From a virus, in the IMG/VR virus record IMGVR_UViG_3300005264_000001, positions 28,962-92,961 of that record: a stretch of DNA of 64,000 nt; one strand, given 5' to 3'. The notes beneath the pieces were generated by a model, which worked only from the letters and a program-made list of their open reading frames with translations, searched no databases and had not been told where the DNA came from. Shown piece after piece: positions 21,401 through 29,871 of the stretch. The number at the start of each line of letters is the position of its first letter. Positions within the stretch are counted from its first letter, which is position 1. The position numbers were made by a program, and so were the translations under genes.

Positions 21401-22442
21401 GTAATAAAGTGCTTCCATAATTTGAACCATTGGGTGGTGCATTTCCCCAACCTGATTTAAATATACCAGCACCTGAATCTATTGCTTCATATGTGATTTT
21501 ATATTTAGTTCCAATTACTGTACTAATTGATGTATAAGTAGAAGAGAAATCTCCATCATCTGTAACTAGTAGCTCATTATCAACAGTACTAATTAGAGCA
21601 TTTACAATATTCCAATCATCTGTATTATTAAACTCGCTATTTGATACATAATTAACAGGTGTTACACTATCATAAGTGATGTCTCCAACTCCTTCGTCCA
21701 TTTTCCATTGATGAACTAAATTCTCATTTTCATCATAAAATTCTAAATTATTCATACTAAATGAATCCGAATACTCTGGTGTTGGATTTCTAGCAAAAAG
21801 TCTATTAACATATAATACAGCATTGTGTGTAAGTGTTTGTGTTTCTATGTCTACTCCATCTATAACCAACGTAACACTAGTATTGACTCTGACGAACTCA
21901 TATGTATGAATCTTATCATCAGGAGTGTACGTAAAAGAAACAGCTGAACCTGATATGTTTTGGTAAGCAATTCTTGGAATACTTGGTTGTATTCTTATTG
22001 CTGAATATATTTCTCCAGTATCTGCTGTAATAACACAATCAGAGGTTAATGGTATTTTCGCATTGAATTTAATTCTATGGCTTGAACCTAATGATATTCT
22101 TTCAAAATCAATAATATCGTTTGCTCCATCGGTTTTATAACATCTACCTGGTTGAACAGGTCCGTTTCTAGCACCTACACTATCTACAAGTTCATACTTT
22201 CCTGTAACACTATTAAGTGTAGTATTCATCTTTAAGAATTGAATCATATCTAATTGAGGTATGTTTATTCCCTCTCTAAGTTTACCTAATATTTTATCAT
22301 AGTAAACACCATTCATGATATTATTTTTATCTAGATTACTATCTGTATCTCTTGTCTCTTCTAGAATAATGTCATATTTTGCTCCATAGGATTCAGATGT
22401 TTCTGAATCTCTTACATTGTCTAAAAATTTATCTACTTTCAT
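18489..22442 (-). CDS. large LamG/concanavalin-A and CBM-repeat virion protein
   Basis: SLxFxGxxDYV, HDIVATYDG...LYVDG and ELVTNGNFD motifs; internal repeats. Confidence 0.8.
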   Translation of the reverse strand: MKVDKFLDNVRDSETSESYGAKYDIILEETRDTDSNLDKNNIMNGVYYDKILGKLREGINIPQLDMIQFLKMNTTLNSVTGKYELVDSVGARNGPVQPGRCYKTDGANDIIDFERISLGSSHRIKFNAKIPLTSDCVITADTGEIYSAIRIQPSIPRIAYQNISGSAVSFTYTPDDKIHTYEFVRVNTSVTLVIDGVDIETQTLTHNAVLYVNRLFARNPTPEYSDSFSMNNLEFYDENENLVHQWKMDEGVGDITYDSVTPVNYVSNSEFNNTDDWNIVNALISTVDNELLVTDDGDFSSTYTSISTVIGTKYKITYEAIDSGAGIFKSGWGNAPPNGSNYGSTLLQSDDITGFQSFEFTATSPTTYLVLGSTGAETATYKNYKCSTIPVNGEIKNADLSTFHATDNSFDSFQNEEGYTTSLKFNGYNDYVNLGNDTSLDATNALTIYSRVKSEDFGTGYRSLAIKFKGGRCWALETNNNVIDFSVSGDGNIWDLVTHLGSINIADGKVHDIVATYDGTIGKLYVDGILNQSGGSTGSISVETSIVTLGANTDVGFMSGLLLDSKLWGRALTQIEVEHLTNNIKVSDADLLYNADFKNVTSSTLPDSSNNNNNGIIDGCEILNIPIRTDGKDVLGNTPTYKGLVRYNADLVESNCTQFDGSSYIRFDKENIDLSRVDYFDFEMKAMKDSSGIINLSQYGGATNSAGIMWYSNGYISVYAKYDTTSSASYFFNEYDNPASIRAVYDGTLTGNDRVKLYINDSEVSLDYSGDFPATMPGFAQEFRIGKLSSLVSDGKMYNVTRRNRAGAIINNWNFAEGAGDTVYDTVPINFGDELVTNGNFDNELNGWVNNDLNTFEIDNGKLHITGDNVSNKYGGTSMPFYIDHSKKYRFEADVIKNSGTDDWDISLRRTLGGTFLKLITNTETTGKISVDFELDDSGDVYIQFTTRGYFDGVIDNITINEIISKTANGTIIDADLSTFHAKDNQRPHNLLDGFSTSLMFDGVDDYVEFPTIDISNSSYLHISMDIEKHNTTDSVCFQQFLDNDSYIQLLWHTNGRIYAVIRDDSLSYGYVEFSDTGRIKATLVFQGNETSNANRLQLSINGVTQTLTFIGTIPSVTPNLSSVNPTLGLQAGGYVKGIVHTLSARGPTGVVLGDWRRVNGNKYIDTVDGENGIIYGCDTLCIPAQLGNTGLDALGNTLSNPSGKFHNNAETLIQEPVAPALIKADAGLDFLYTAEVPNKISFKNMQDSLGDVYNNHNIFMDVSKAEQQQIKNFLVYEDTLTDDETDKVLKFINDPYLKDENYDFILDENGDYILNN

Positions 22443-22453
22443 TTGATAAACCT

Positions 22454-22660
22454 CTATTTATATTCTAATGTTGCTTTATCATCCCAAACGGAGTAAATAA
22501 CATTATCGATTCCCTTTACAGATTCTATTTTAGTTTCATCTGAACTAACTTCTGTAATTCTTTTTATAACCCATATTTTGGCACTAGTTAACTTTGATGA
22601 GTTAAGTTTAGCTTCTCCAATATATGTAACAGTTCCAATTTTTTCAATTAATCTTGTCAT
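22454..22660 (-). CDS. small conserved virion-associated protein
   Basis: YIGEA...WVIKRI...WDD pattern; late promoter at 22683-22697. Confidence 0.55.
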   Translation of the reverse strand: MTRLIEKIGTVTYIGEAKLNSSKLTSAKIWVIKRITEVSSDETKIESVKGIDNVIYSVWDDKATLEYK

Positions 22661-22763
22661 AATAAAATAATATTAACTTTTGTTTTTAAATATATTTTAA
22701 GAATTGTACCTACGTACTTGAGAATTAGTTTATTTGTGTATAAAAATATAATATTAATTATAT

Positions 22764-23756
22764 TTATGCTGCTGTAATAATTACACCGGCTGTGTCAGCT
22801 GCGATAGCCATTCCAACATCGATTGCGAAAATGTGTTCGTAATCTCCTGCTGTTTGAGGTAATCTACCTGAGTAAATATCCATTCCACCTTCTTGTACAA
22901 TTTGTAAGAAGTATCTGTTATCAACAGCGATTGCATGAATCGCTTTTGCGTTTGAAACTTTTCCTTCTAAGATATCCCATTCAGTAATTGCTGTTCCATT
23001 AAAGTTTACCATTTCTGTGTTAACATTTTGTAAACTTCCAATGTTGTAAGCAGCCATTGCTCTAAATTGTTCATCTAATTGTAGAGTTTCCCAACCTGTA
23101 GGTGACATTGCTACGTTAGTACATTTGAATGTTTGTAATACACCGTTAGTATCTTTTTGACCCTTGAAGTATTTTTTAGCTTTTACTAAGTTAGCCCAAG
23201 TTAATCCACCAGTAATATCTGTTGCAGATTTTACACCAGCAATCATTTTATCAATTACAGCATCGAACTTAGCTCTATGAATAGCAGCTGAATTTTCTTC
23301 CATAATTTGTTTAACTACACCAGGAGCTCCTGTTTTAGCCAATCTTCTATTAACTCTTAATGCTGAGTAATATGTAAAACAACTTACAGTCATTTCTGTT
23401 ACAGTAGCTGTTTGGTAAGTTACAGTGTTATCGTTATCGTTATCAAACTTAGCACCAGTCATACCAGCTACTTTAGGAACTTTATATACTCCTGCTCCAT
23501 CGATTCCACCTAACTCTGCTGGAGTCCATGTTCTAATTGCTGCAGCGTAATTTGAAAAATCTTTTTCTGCAAATGCAAATACACTTCTTGCAATTTTTGT
23601 TGTTAGAGCTGAACCTGTATTACCTACATTTTGTCCTGCTTCTGTAAACGCTTCATTAAATTTTGCGTTTTCCTTTACTTCTTTTTCGAAAGCTTCAGTT
23701 AAGTAGTCTCCTACAATACTTCTTGCTCCATCCATTGTTTTTACTTCAAATGCCAT
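22764..23756 (-). CDS. major capsid protein (HK97 fold)
   Basis: 330 aa after protease and scaffold; strongly biased codon usage; MSP..W..L pattern. Confidence 0.8.
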   Translation of the reverse strand: MAFEVKTMDGARSIVGDYLTEAFEKEVKENAKFNEAFTEAGQNVGNTGSALTTKIARSVFAFAEKDFSNYAAAIRTWTPAELGGIDGAGVYKVPKVAGMTGAKFDNDNDNTVTYQTATVTEMTVSCFTYYSALRVNRRLAKTGAPGVVKQIMEENSAAIHRAKFDAVIDKMIAGVKSATDITGGLTWANLVKAKKYFKGQKDTNGVLQTFKCTNVAMSPTGWETLQLDEQFRAMAAYNIGSLQNVNTEMVNFNGTAITEWDILEGKVSNAKAIHAIAVDNRYFLQIVQEGGMDIYSGRLPQTAGDYEHIFAIDVGMAIAADTAGVIITAA

Positions 23757-23759
23757 TTT

Positions 23760-24326
23760 TTAGTTAAATGAGTTTCTCAACATTTCAGCCAAGTTTAATT
23801 TTTTTTCAACTTTTGTTTCAACCTTAGTTTCTACAAATGTTCCAGCTCCAGTTACTTCCTTTGCTTCTTTTTTCTCTTTTTCGTCCTCTTTACTAGAGTC
23901 CTTAGATTTAGACGTATCTTCATCTTCTGAATCATTAGCTGCTGCATCCTCTTCTTTTTCAGTAATTTCTTCTTCCTTTTTAGGAACTTCTTTTACTTCA
24001 GATTTAGCTTCAGTACTAACTTCCTCTTTTTCATCTTCTGATTCAACGGATTCTTTAGTTTCCTTTGATTCATCTTCTGATTCAGATTCTTTAGCTTCTT
24101 GTAATGTATTCAGTTTCTCTTTTAATTCTGCGTTTTCATTAGATAATTCTTCTAACTTAACAGTCATTGCTTCAAGTGATGAAGTAACTAATACTAAGTT
24201 TTCTTTATTTTCTTCTACAGACTTAACGGAGTTTTCTAATGTTTCATTCATTTCAGAAAACTTATTAGCGTTTCCTTCAGTAAATTCATTCATTTTTGTT
24301 TCAAAATTTTCAATAATTTTTTCCAT
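23760..24326 (-). CDS. scaffolding protein
   Basis: Glu/Lys-rich coiled coil between protease and capsid. Confidence 0.75.
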   Translation of the reverse strand: MEKIIENFETKMNEFTEGNANKFSEMNETLENSVKSVEENKENLVLVTSSLEAMTVKLEELSNENAELKEKLNTLQEAKESESEDESKETKESVESEDEKEEVSTEAKSEVKEVPKKEEEITEKEEDAAANDSEDEDTSKSKDSSKEDEKEKKEAKEVTGAGTFVETKVETKVEKKLNLAEMLRNSFN

Positions 24327-24363
24327 TTTTTAACTGATAATAAACAATAAAATATATTTGTTT

Positions 24364-24951
24364 TTAAATATATTTAATATTGTTAATAATTTCGTTCATT
24401 TTTTCCATGAACTCTTCTTTTTTCTTAGATTCTTCTGTGTTTAATTGCTCAACTGCTGACCCCTCAAAACTTTCTGCGAATACAACTTTAGCTTCTTCAA
24501 ATCCTTCACATGAGACTATCGAACATTCATTCCACGACTTTACAGTTGCTTCTCTATATGATTCTCCAGACTCTGTTTGTTTATTTAATGCTTGACCGTT
24601 AATGTTAAGACTAACTCTTAACTCACTTGCGTTTCTTAAATACTCAATTAAACTCTCGTTATATTTTGTATCATAAATCTTTGCTGTACCATATAATCCG
24701 TCTTCCTTACCCTCAACAGATAACCAATGCCCTACTGGTAATGAATGGTCTGAAGTTTTGTGATTGTACATAACATTCTTACCGATTAACTCATTAGCTT
24801 TTTCTAAGATTGACTCTTTATTATACAATACACCGTTTCTTGAAGTTTTATGAAAAGGAACAATCATACCTGAGATTGTCTTATCTTTTGCTTCATTAGC
24901 TTCAGAAAATACTGTATCTATACTAAGGTTTTTGTTTTTAATATCAACCAT
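24364..24951 (-). CDS. prohead protease
   Basis: SRNGVLY, MYNH, PVG, VS and ECSIV motifs. Confidence 0.85.
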   Translation of the reverse strand: MVDIKNKNLSIDTVFSEANEAKDKTISGMIVPFHKTSRNGVLYNKESILEKANELIGKNVMYNHKTSDHSLPVGHWLSVEGKEDGLYGTAKIYDTKYNESLIEYLRNASELRVSLNINGQALNKQTESGESYREATVKSWNECSIVSCEGFEEAKVVFAESFEGSAVEQLNTEESKKKEEFMEKMNEIINNIKYI

Positions 24952-24992
24952 AGAATAATATTATTATTATTTGTTTTTAAATATATTTAGAA

Positions 24993-25997
24993 TTAGTAAA
25001 TGACCTTCTGGTCATCATTTATAATTACAAATCCACAATTAAGTTCTTTAATTATATTATTCATTCTTATTTCATCTTTCTTCATTTGCTTCTCACTACT
25101 TCTGTGATAACACTCATTAACTTCATATACAACATTATTAACTTCATCATAACCATCTACGAAATATCGTAATACTTGATATTGTCTTGTAATGTTTATA
25201 TCTAGTTTATATTCAATCATATCTAAAGCAGCTGTTTCGTTCCTACCAATCATTGGAGAAAAAGAAACACTCTTTAAACCATACTTTCTTATATGTTCAG
25301 TAATAGCTTTACTTCTCCTTAAAGAAGTCAATTCTTTTTGTTCTTTAGTTCTGTTTTTTAAAGTTTCTTTAAACTTTCTAACTCTAGATAATTCTTGTTT
25401 TATAGTTAAACTTTTTCTATGCTGTCTCATAAATATACTTTGTCTTTTAGACATTTGTTGTCTTGTCTCATCAGACATATTCTCATTGACTTTCTTTCTA
25501 GCCTCACTTTGATTTTTAAAAACATCAGCTTTCTTTTCATCACTCCAATTTTTCATAGTTTCTTTTCTTTTATTAGCAATTTCTTTCTTTTGTTCAGGAG
25601 TTAAACTGTTAAGCCAAGCATTATGTGTTACTCTATATCTTTCCCTCATTTCTTTAGTATGTACTCTATTCCTTAATAATTCACTTCTATCAGCACTCAT
25701 CTTTTCCTTAGCTTCGTGTGACATATTTTCAAGACCTACAAACAATCTATCTATTTTTGCTTGTCTTTCCTCATCAGAAATAGTTTTATTATAGGCTGTC
25801 ATACCTTTACTTTGACTACTTTTGAATTCTTTTGAGTTACAGAATGCTCTTCTTTTTTCACTCATTATATCTATGTTTGGAAAATTAATTATATACTCTG
25901 GTACACTTGTATTATGTGTTTTTAGGTGTCTAGTAGTAATTTGTTTAAATTCTCTATTACAAATCTCACATGTAACTTTATCTTTTAACTCTTTCAT
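24993..25997 (-). CDS. putative homing endonuclease (C2H2 Zn finger, basic repeats, Vsr/DUF559-like nuclease)
   Basis: CEIC...HLKTH at the N-terminus; RQY...YFVDGYD...VYEV.E..H at the C-terminus. Confidence 0.7.
   Translation of the reverse strand: MKELKDKVTCEICNREFKQITTRHLKTHNTSVPEYIINFPNIDIMSEKRRAFCNSKEFKSSQSKGMTAYNKTISDEERQAKIDRLFVGLENMSHEAKEKMSADRSELLRNRVHTKEMRERYRVTHNAWLNSLTPEQKKEIANKRKETMKNWSDEKKADVFKNQSEARKKVNENMSDETRQQMSKRQSIFMRQHRKSLTIKQELSRVRKFKETLKNRTKEQKELTSLRRSKAITEHIRKYGLKSVSFSPMIGRNETAALDMIEYKLDINITRQYQVLRYFVDGYDEVNNVVYEVNECYHRSSEKQMKKDEIRMNNIIKELNCGFVIINDDQKVIY
24997..25085. repeat. 89-bp direct repeat, copy 1 (copy 2 at 28866-28954)
   Basis: Identical sequence at the 3' ends of the two endonuclease genes. 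Confidence 0.9.
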
Positions 25998-26059
25998 ATA
26001 ATTAAAAATAGATATAAGTTTATAAATCTTTTTATATTTTAAAAAATTAGTTTGTTTAA

Positions 26060-26572
26060 TTAAAAAGGTAATGTGTAAGGTTTATCTAAGTTAATAGATA
26101 AAAATAATTCAAATGCTCTTTTTTGAAATGTAAAATGTTTACCATTAAATAATTTAATCATTTCATCTTTAATAGGTTTAGATAAACAATTAATCATTAA
26201 TTGAATAAATTCTTCTTTTGATTTTTTAATACCCTCATGAAACTCGCTGTCTATTGTGTACTCATAACCACCTTTAACATGAAAGATTTTACTTCTTTTT
26301 TCATGAACTAGTTTTAAATATGTTGTGTGGTCTTCTGTACTCATATTGTAAGCTTCACTTGGTTCTGTAATTCTCAAATGTTCTTCACCTTCAAATGCAG
26401 ACATATAAACATTATCTTTTAGAATTTGTAATTTGTATTCATTCTCTCTTTCAACTATAGCATCTCTGACACTTGATTGATTAAGATAAGAATCTCTTGC
26501 GTTTCTTAATTTTATACTTGCTGTTTGAACTCCTTCTTTTAATTGGCTTATCATTTCGTTTTTAGTTACCAT
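26060..26572 (-). CDS. hypothetical protein (early cassette)
   Basis: Early promoter sharing 35 bp with the one before the DNA ligase. Confidence 0.7.
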   Translation of the reverse strand: MVTKNEMISQLKEGVQTASIKLRNARDSYLNQSSVRDAIVERENEYKLQILKDNVYMSAFEGEEHLRITEPSEAYNMSTEDHTTYLKLVHEKRSKIFHVKGGYEYTIDSEFHEGIKKSKEEFIQLMINCLSKPIKDEMIKLFNGKHFTFQKRAFELFLSINLDKPYTLPF

Positions 26573-26638
26573 ACTAATAGTAATACTCTTTAGTTTATAA
26601 GTCTTTCGATAATTTAGAATAGTGTTTATAAAGATAAA

Positions 26639-27688
26639 TTATTTTATTAATACTAAGAACTCTTTTCTTACATTAATACTAAATTCTTCTCCTTTTTCCA
26701 AAGAGTCAAACTTTGATTCATATTTTGAGAATACTTTTTCGACTGAGCGTTTGATATCTCTCAATTTATAATCCTTTTGAAATTCTTGGGCTAAACTTTG
26801 ATAACATACAGCGACTAGTTCAGATAAAGATTTGCTATGCATAGCAAATCCAGAGTACTTAAAAAAATATTTCTTACCTGGTGCATCTTTTCTTTTTATA
26901 GACACAGTATTTATAGTAGATAATTTTTCTTTAAATCCATCTTGTAATCTTTCGATTAAATTTTTAAGTCTTTCGTTTGTTTCTTTATAACTCAAATTAT
27001 GTTGGTCAAATACAGATTTTAATTTCTTATCAAATCCTTTAACTTTAACATTATTTCTCTTTTTCCATAATCCGTTTAATACACCTGCTCTCTTAGTCTT
27101 TTTTAAACTTCCTATATGTTTGTTTAGTGACTTAAAGAAGAGTCTTATAAACGTCTTAGAAACGGGTCTAAATGAACTATTAGCACCATTACTAACGAAT
27201 GTAGCAAAGTCTGCAATATCTTTTGTTAATTCTTTCTTTTGTTTGTCATTTAGTTCAGCACCTGGGACTGGTTTATATAAATAATCATGTGATAGTTCAT
27301 AAGCCACAGTATGTAAGAATGTTCTTACTTGTACTTCTACTTGTCCTAAATTGTGTTGAACAACTCCTGCGTAGTCAGGTCTAGGATTTACAATGTAATC
27401 TGATGTAGTTGTAATTAAGTCTTTGAATATCTCTTTAATTCGACCGGCAATCACTTTATATCTACTCATGTTATCAATGTGAATTCTAAATCCAAATAAA
27501 TCTCCTAAATCTTCTAATTTTCTATATTTATCAGGTTTGGTTTTAATTTTGTTTAATGCTGAGTTTAAATCTTTTGCTCTATAAGTATAAGTAGTACCGT
27601 CTAATTTTCCTAATCTTTTTCTAATCTCTGGAATAATTGTAGAGTTTAGATTTTTCATCAATTTATCATAATCCTTCTTATTCGCCAT
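26639..27688 (-). CDS. RelA/SpoT-domain small alarmone synthetase (SAS/toxSAS-like) with C-terminal extension
   Basis: RAKDLNSALNK, DLFGFRI, DYIVNPRPDY and EVQVRT...H..LYK motifs. Confidence 0.85.
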   Translation of the reverse strand: MANKKDYDKLMKNLNSTIIPEIRKRLGKLDGTTYTYRAKDLNSALNKIKTKPDKYRKLEDLGDLFGFRIHIDNMSRYKVIAGRIKEIFKDLITTTSDYIVNPRPDYAGVVQHNLGQVEVQVRTFLHTVAYELSHDYLYKPVPGAELNDKQKKELTKDIADFATFVSNGANSSFRPVSKTFIRLFFKSLNKHIGSLKKTKRAGVLNGLWKKRNNVKVKGFDKKLKSVFDQHNLSYKETNERLKNLIERLQDGFKEKLSTINTVSIKRKDAPGKKYFFKYSGFAMHSKSLSELVAVCYQSLAQEFQKDYKLRDIKRSVEKVFSKYESKFDSLEKGEEFSINVRKEFLVLIK

Positions 27689-27965
27689 CTTTACAACATT
27701 CTATATATTCTTTTATTAACTCTTGACTATCACTAGCAAATTCTGGGTAGATTGTACTAATAGTAGCAATAGCTTCCTCTTTTGTAAATGCTGAAGTAGT
27801 TAATACTTCACTATTACAATCATCTTTGTTTTCCAAAGTTTCTTTAAACACACCAGCGTTATTGTAATCCATTGCTTCCTCAAATGAGTCGAATGATTCA
27901 CAACTTACTAATTCTCCTGTTTTCATATTCTTAGTGAATACAAAACTAAATTCTTTCTTTTCCAT
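27678..27965 (-). CDS. small acidic protein, candidate antitoxin/immunity protein of the SAS
   Basis: Late promoter upstream; overlaps the SAS start by 11 nt; function inferred. Confidence 0.5.
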   Translation of the reverse strand: MEKKEFSFVFTKNMKTGELVSCESFDSFEEAMDYNNAGVFKETLENKDDCNSEVLTTSAFTKEEAIATISTIYPEFASDSQELIKEYIECCKDGE

Positions 27966-28044
27966 TTTATTTAATATAGTAAAGTAATATAAATATTACT
28001 TTTTAAATATATTTTACATACTTAATCGTTTCTTGTTGAAATAC

Positions 28045-28305
28045 TTAACAAAACTTTAAAGCTTGTTCATAGTATTTATCTCCTTTACAAATTTTAAGTC
28101 TATCTTTTTCAAAGTAATCTGTCATCATATCAGACTCATTTGTATAATTTAGTTCTTTAGGGAAGTGTTCATACTCTCTATTATATACAGTAATTGTATC
28201 TTCACTTAGTCCACTTTCTTTTGTATAGTTACCAATACTATAAAATACTTTCCATTTCTTGTCACCTTGCTTAATACAACTTTTTAAAAATCTTACTTCT
28301 GACAT
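28045..28305 (-). CDS. hypothetical protein
   Basis: ORF in an early cassette. Confidence 0.6.
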   Translation of the reverse strand: MSEVRFLKSCIKQGDKKWKVFYSIGNYTKESGLSEDTITVYNREYEHFPKELNYTNESDMMTDYFEKDRLKICKGDKYYEQALKFC

Positions 28306-28306
28306 T

Positions 28307-28504
28307 TTAGTATTCCTCCATAATTTTTATATGTTCTTTTGATTTTAAAATTGAGATTTTATTTTCTTTAATAACCCATTCATATTCTTTAATTTCCCAT
28401 TGTTGACAAACTTCAATTTGTTCTTCACAATATTTAATTGAATTATTAAATGATTCTATTTCTTCCTTAACTTCTTCTATCTTGTTTTTTATTTGGCTTT
28501 CCAT
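28307..28504 (-). CDS. hypothetical coiled-coil protein
   Basis: Early promoter identical to 7770-7833. Confidence 0.6.
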   Translation of the reverse strand: MESQIKNKIEEVKEEIESFNNSIKYCEEQIEVCQQWEIKEYEWVIKENKISILKSKEHIKIMEEY

Positions 28505-28572
28505 CTTATAATAATAGTAATACTTACTCCTTTATAAGTCTTTCGATAAAATTAGTTGTTGTTTATAAAGAG

Positions 28573-28854
28573 TTATAAATTTCTTTCGAATTCTATCTCT
28601 TCCAATGTAGATTGTTTTGTTTTATATTCGAGTGCTCGTGCTGTTAAGCCTCTTCCTTTTCTTGTTTCTACATCACTGTAATATGTTTTTAATAGTTTTG
28701 CAGCATTTGCTGACATTTGAGAAGTTAAATTAAAGTGTTTTGCTATATCCTCTCTTCTTGTCCAATCTTTACAGAATAGAAGTAAATTATTTATACTTCC
28801 AATTCTTTCAGTCCATGACCCACCCTCAGGATTAGGTTGTTTTATCTTTTCCAT
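28573..28854 (-). CDS. putative winged-HTH DNA-binding protein
   Basis: TRREDIAKHFNLT HTH-like pattern. Confidence 0.5.
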   Translation of the reverse strand: MEKIKQPNPEGGSWTERIGSINNLLLFCKDWTRREDIAKHFNLTSQMSANAAKLLKTYYSDVETRKGRGLTARALEYKTKQSTLEEIEFERNL

Positions 28855-28858
28855 TTTA

Positions 28859-29812
28859 TTATTCATAAATGACCTTCTGGTCATCATTTATAATTACAAA
28901 TCCACAATTAAGTTCTTTAATTATATTATTCATTCTTATTTCATCTTTCTTCATATTCTTAGGTCTCCTATGATGATTTTCATATACTTCATATACAACA
29001 TTGTTAATCTCATCATAGCCATCTACAAAATACTGTAAAATAGGAAATTGTCTTGTAATGTTTATATTAAGTTTACTTTCCATCATATCTAAAGCTTTTG
29101 TTTCATTCTTACCAATATTTGGCAAGAACTCTTTTCCATTTATTTTTCTATGTTTTTTAAAATATTCTATTGCAGATTTTCTAATTTTTTCTTTCCATTC
29201 ACTTTTTACTTCTGGTGTCATCTGATTGTGAACATTTTTTGAATGTTCTGAAAAATCAAAAGTAGACTTAGCCAATGCTTCTTTTGTTTGTTTAGCCAAC
29301 TCTCTTCTTCTTTCTACTGGTGTGTTTTCCCAAGCTTTCTTTTGTGACTTACTCAACTTTTTCAAAGACTCTTCACTCCACTCATATCCCATGTGTACTT
29401 TAGACATATGTTCTCTATGCCCTGGTCTTTTCCATACCTCTAATTGTCCTTTTGACATAGACTTTTTCCATGCTCCAATATCTTTTGGTTTATTCCATAT
29501 ACCTTTCATAGTTATACTTTTCTTCTCACCGGCTATTCTGAGACTTTCACAAGTCTCTTTAGTTAGTCCTTTATGCCAAGCACACTTCTTTTTTAGTTCC
29601 TTGGCTTTTTTCTTTCCATGTATTTCTTCAAAAGTTTTACCCTTAATGGTGTTTCCATAACAATTTTCGGATAATAATTTTCTAGTGTTATCACTAAGTA
29701 AATTAGAGTTTGGAAATTTTTCTTTATAATATTCTATTGTAGTGTTGTGTCTTTTTAAGTGAGTATTTGTAATACTCTTAAATTCTTTACCACAAATTTT
29801 ACATTCTACCAT
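28859..29812 (-). CDS. putative homing endonuclease, paralogue of 24993-25997
   Basis: Same Zn finger and nuclease C-terminus; NUMOD3-like repeats. Confidence 0.7.
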   Translation of the reverse strand: MVECKICGKEFKSITNTHLKRHNTTIEYYKEKFPNSNLLSDNTRKLLSENCYGNTIKGKTFEEIHGKKKAKELKKKCAWHKGLTKETCESLRIAGEKKSITMKGIWNKPKDIGAWKKSMSKGQLEVWKRPGHREHMSKVHMGYEWSEESLKKLSKSQKKAWENTPVERRRELAKQTKEALAKSTFDFSEHSKNVHNQMTPEVKSEWKEKIRKSAIEYFKKHRKINGKEFLPNIGKNETKALDMMESKLNINITRQFPILQYFVDGYDEINNVVYEVYENHHRRPKNMKKDEIRMNNIIKELNCGFVIINDDQKVIYE

Positions 29813-29871
29813 ATTAATTATAAAGTTTATCCATTTTTAAATATATTGTGTTTCTCTTACTCTTTAGTCAA

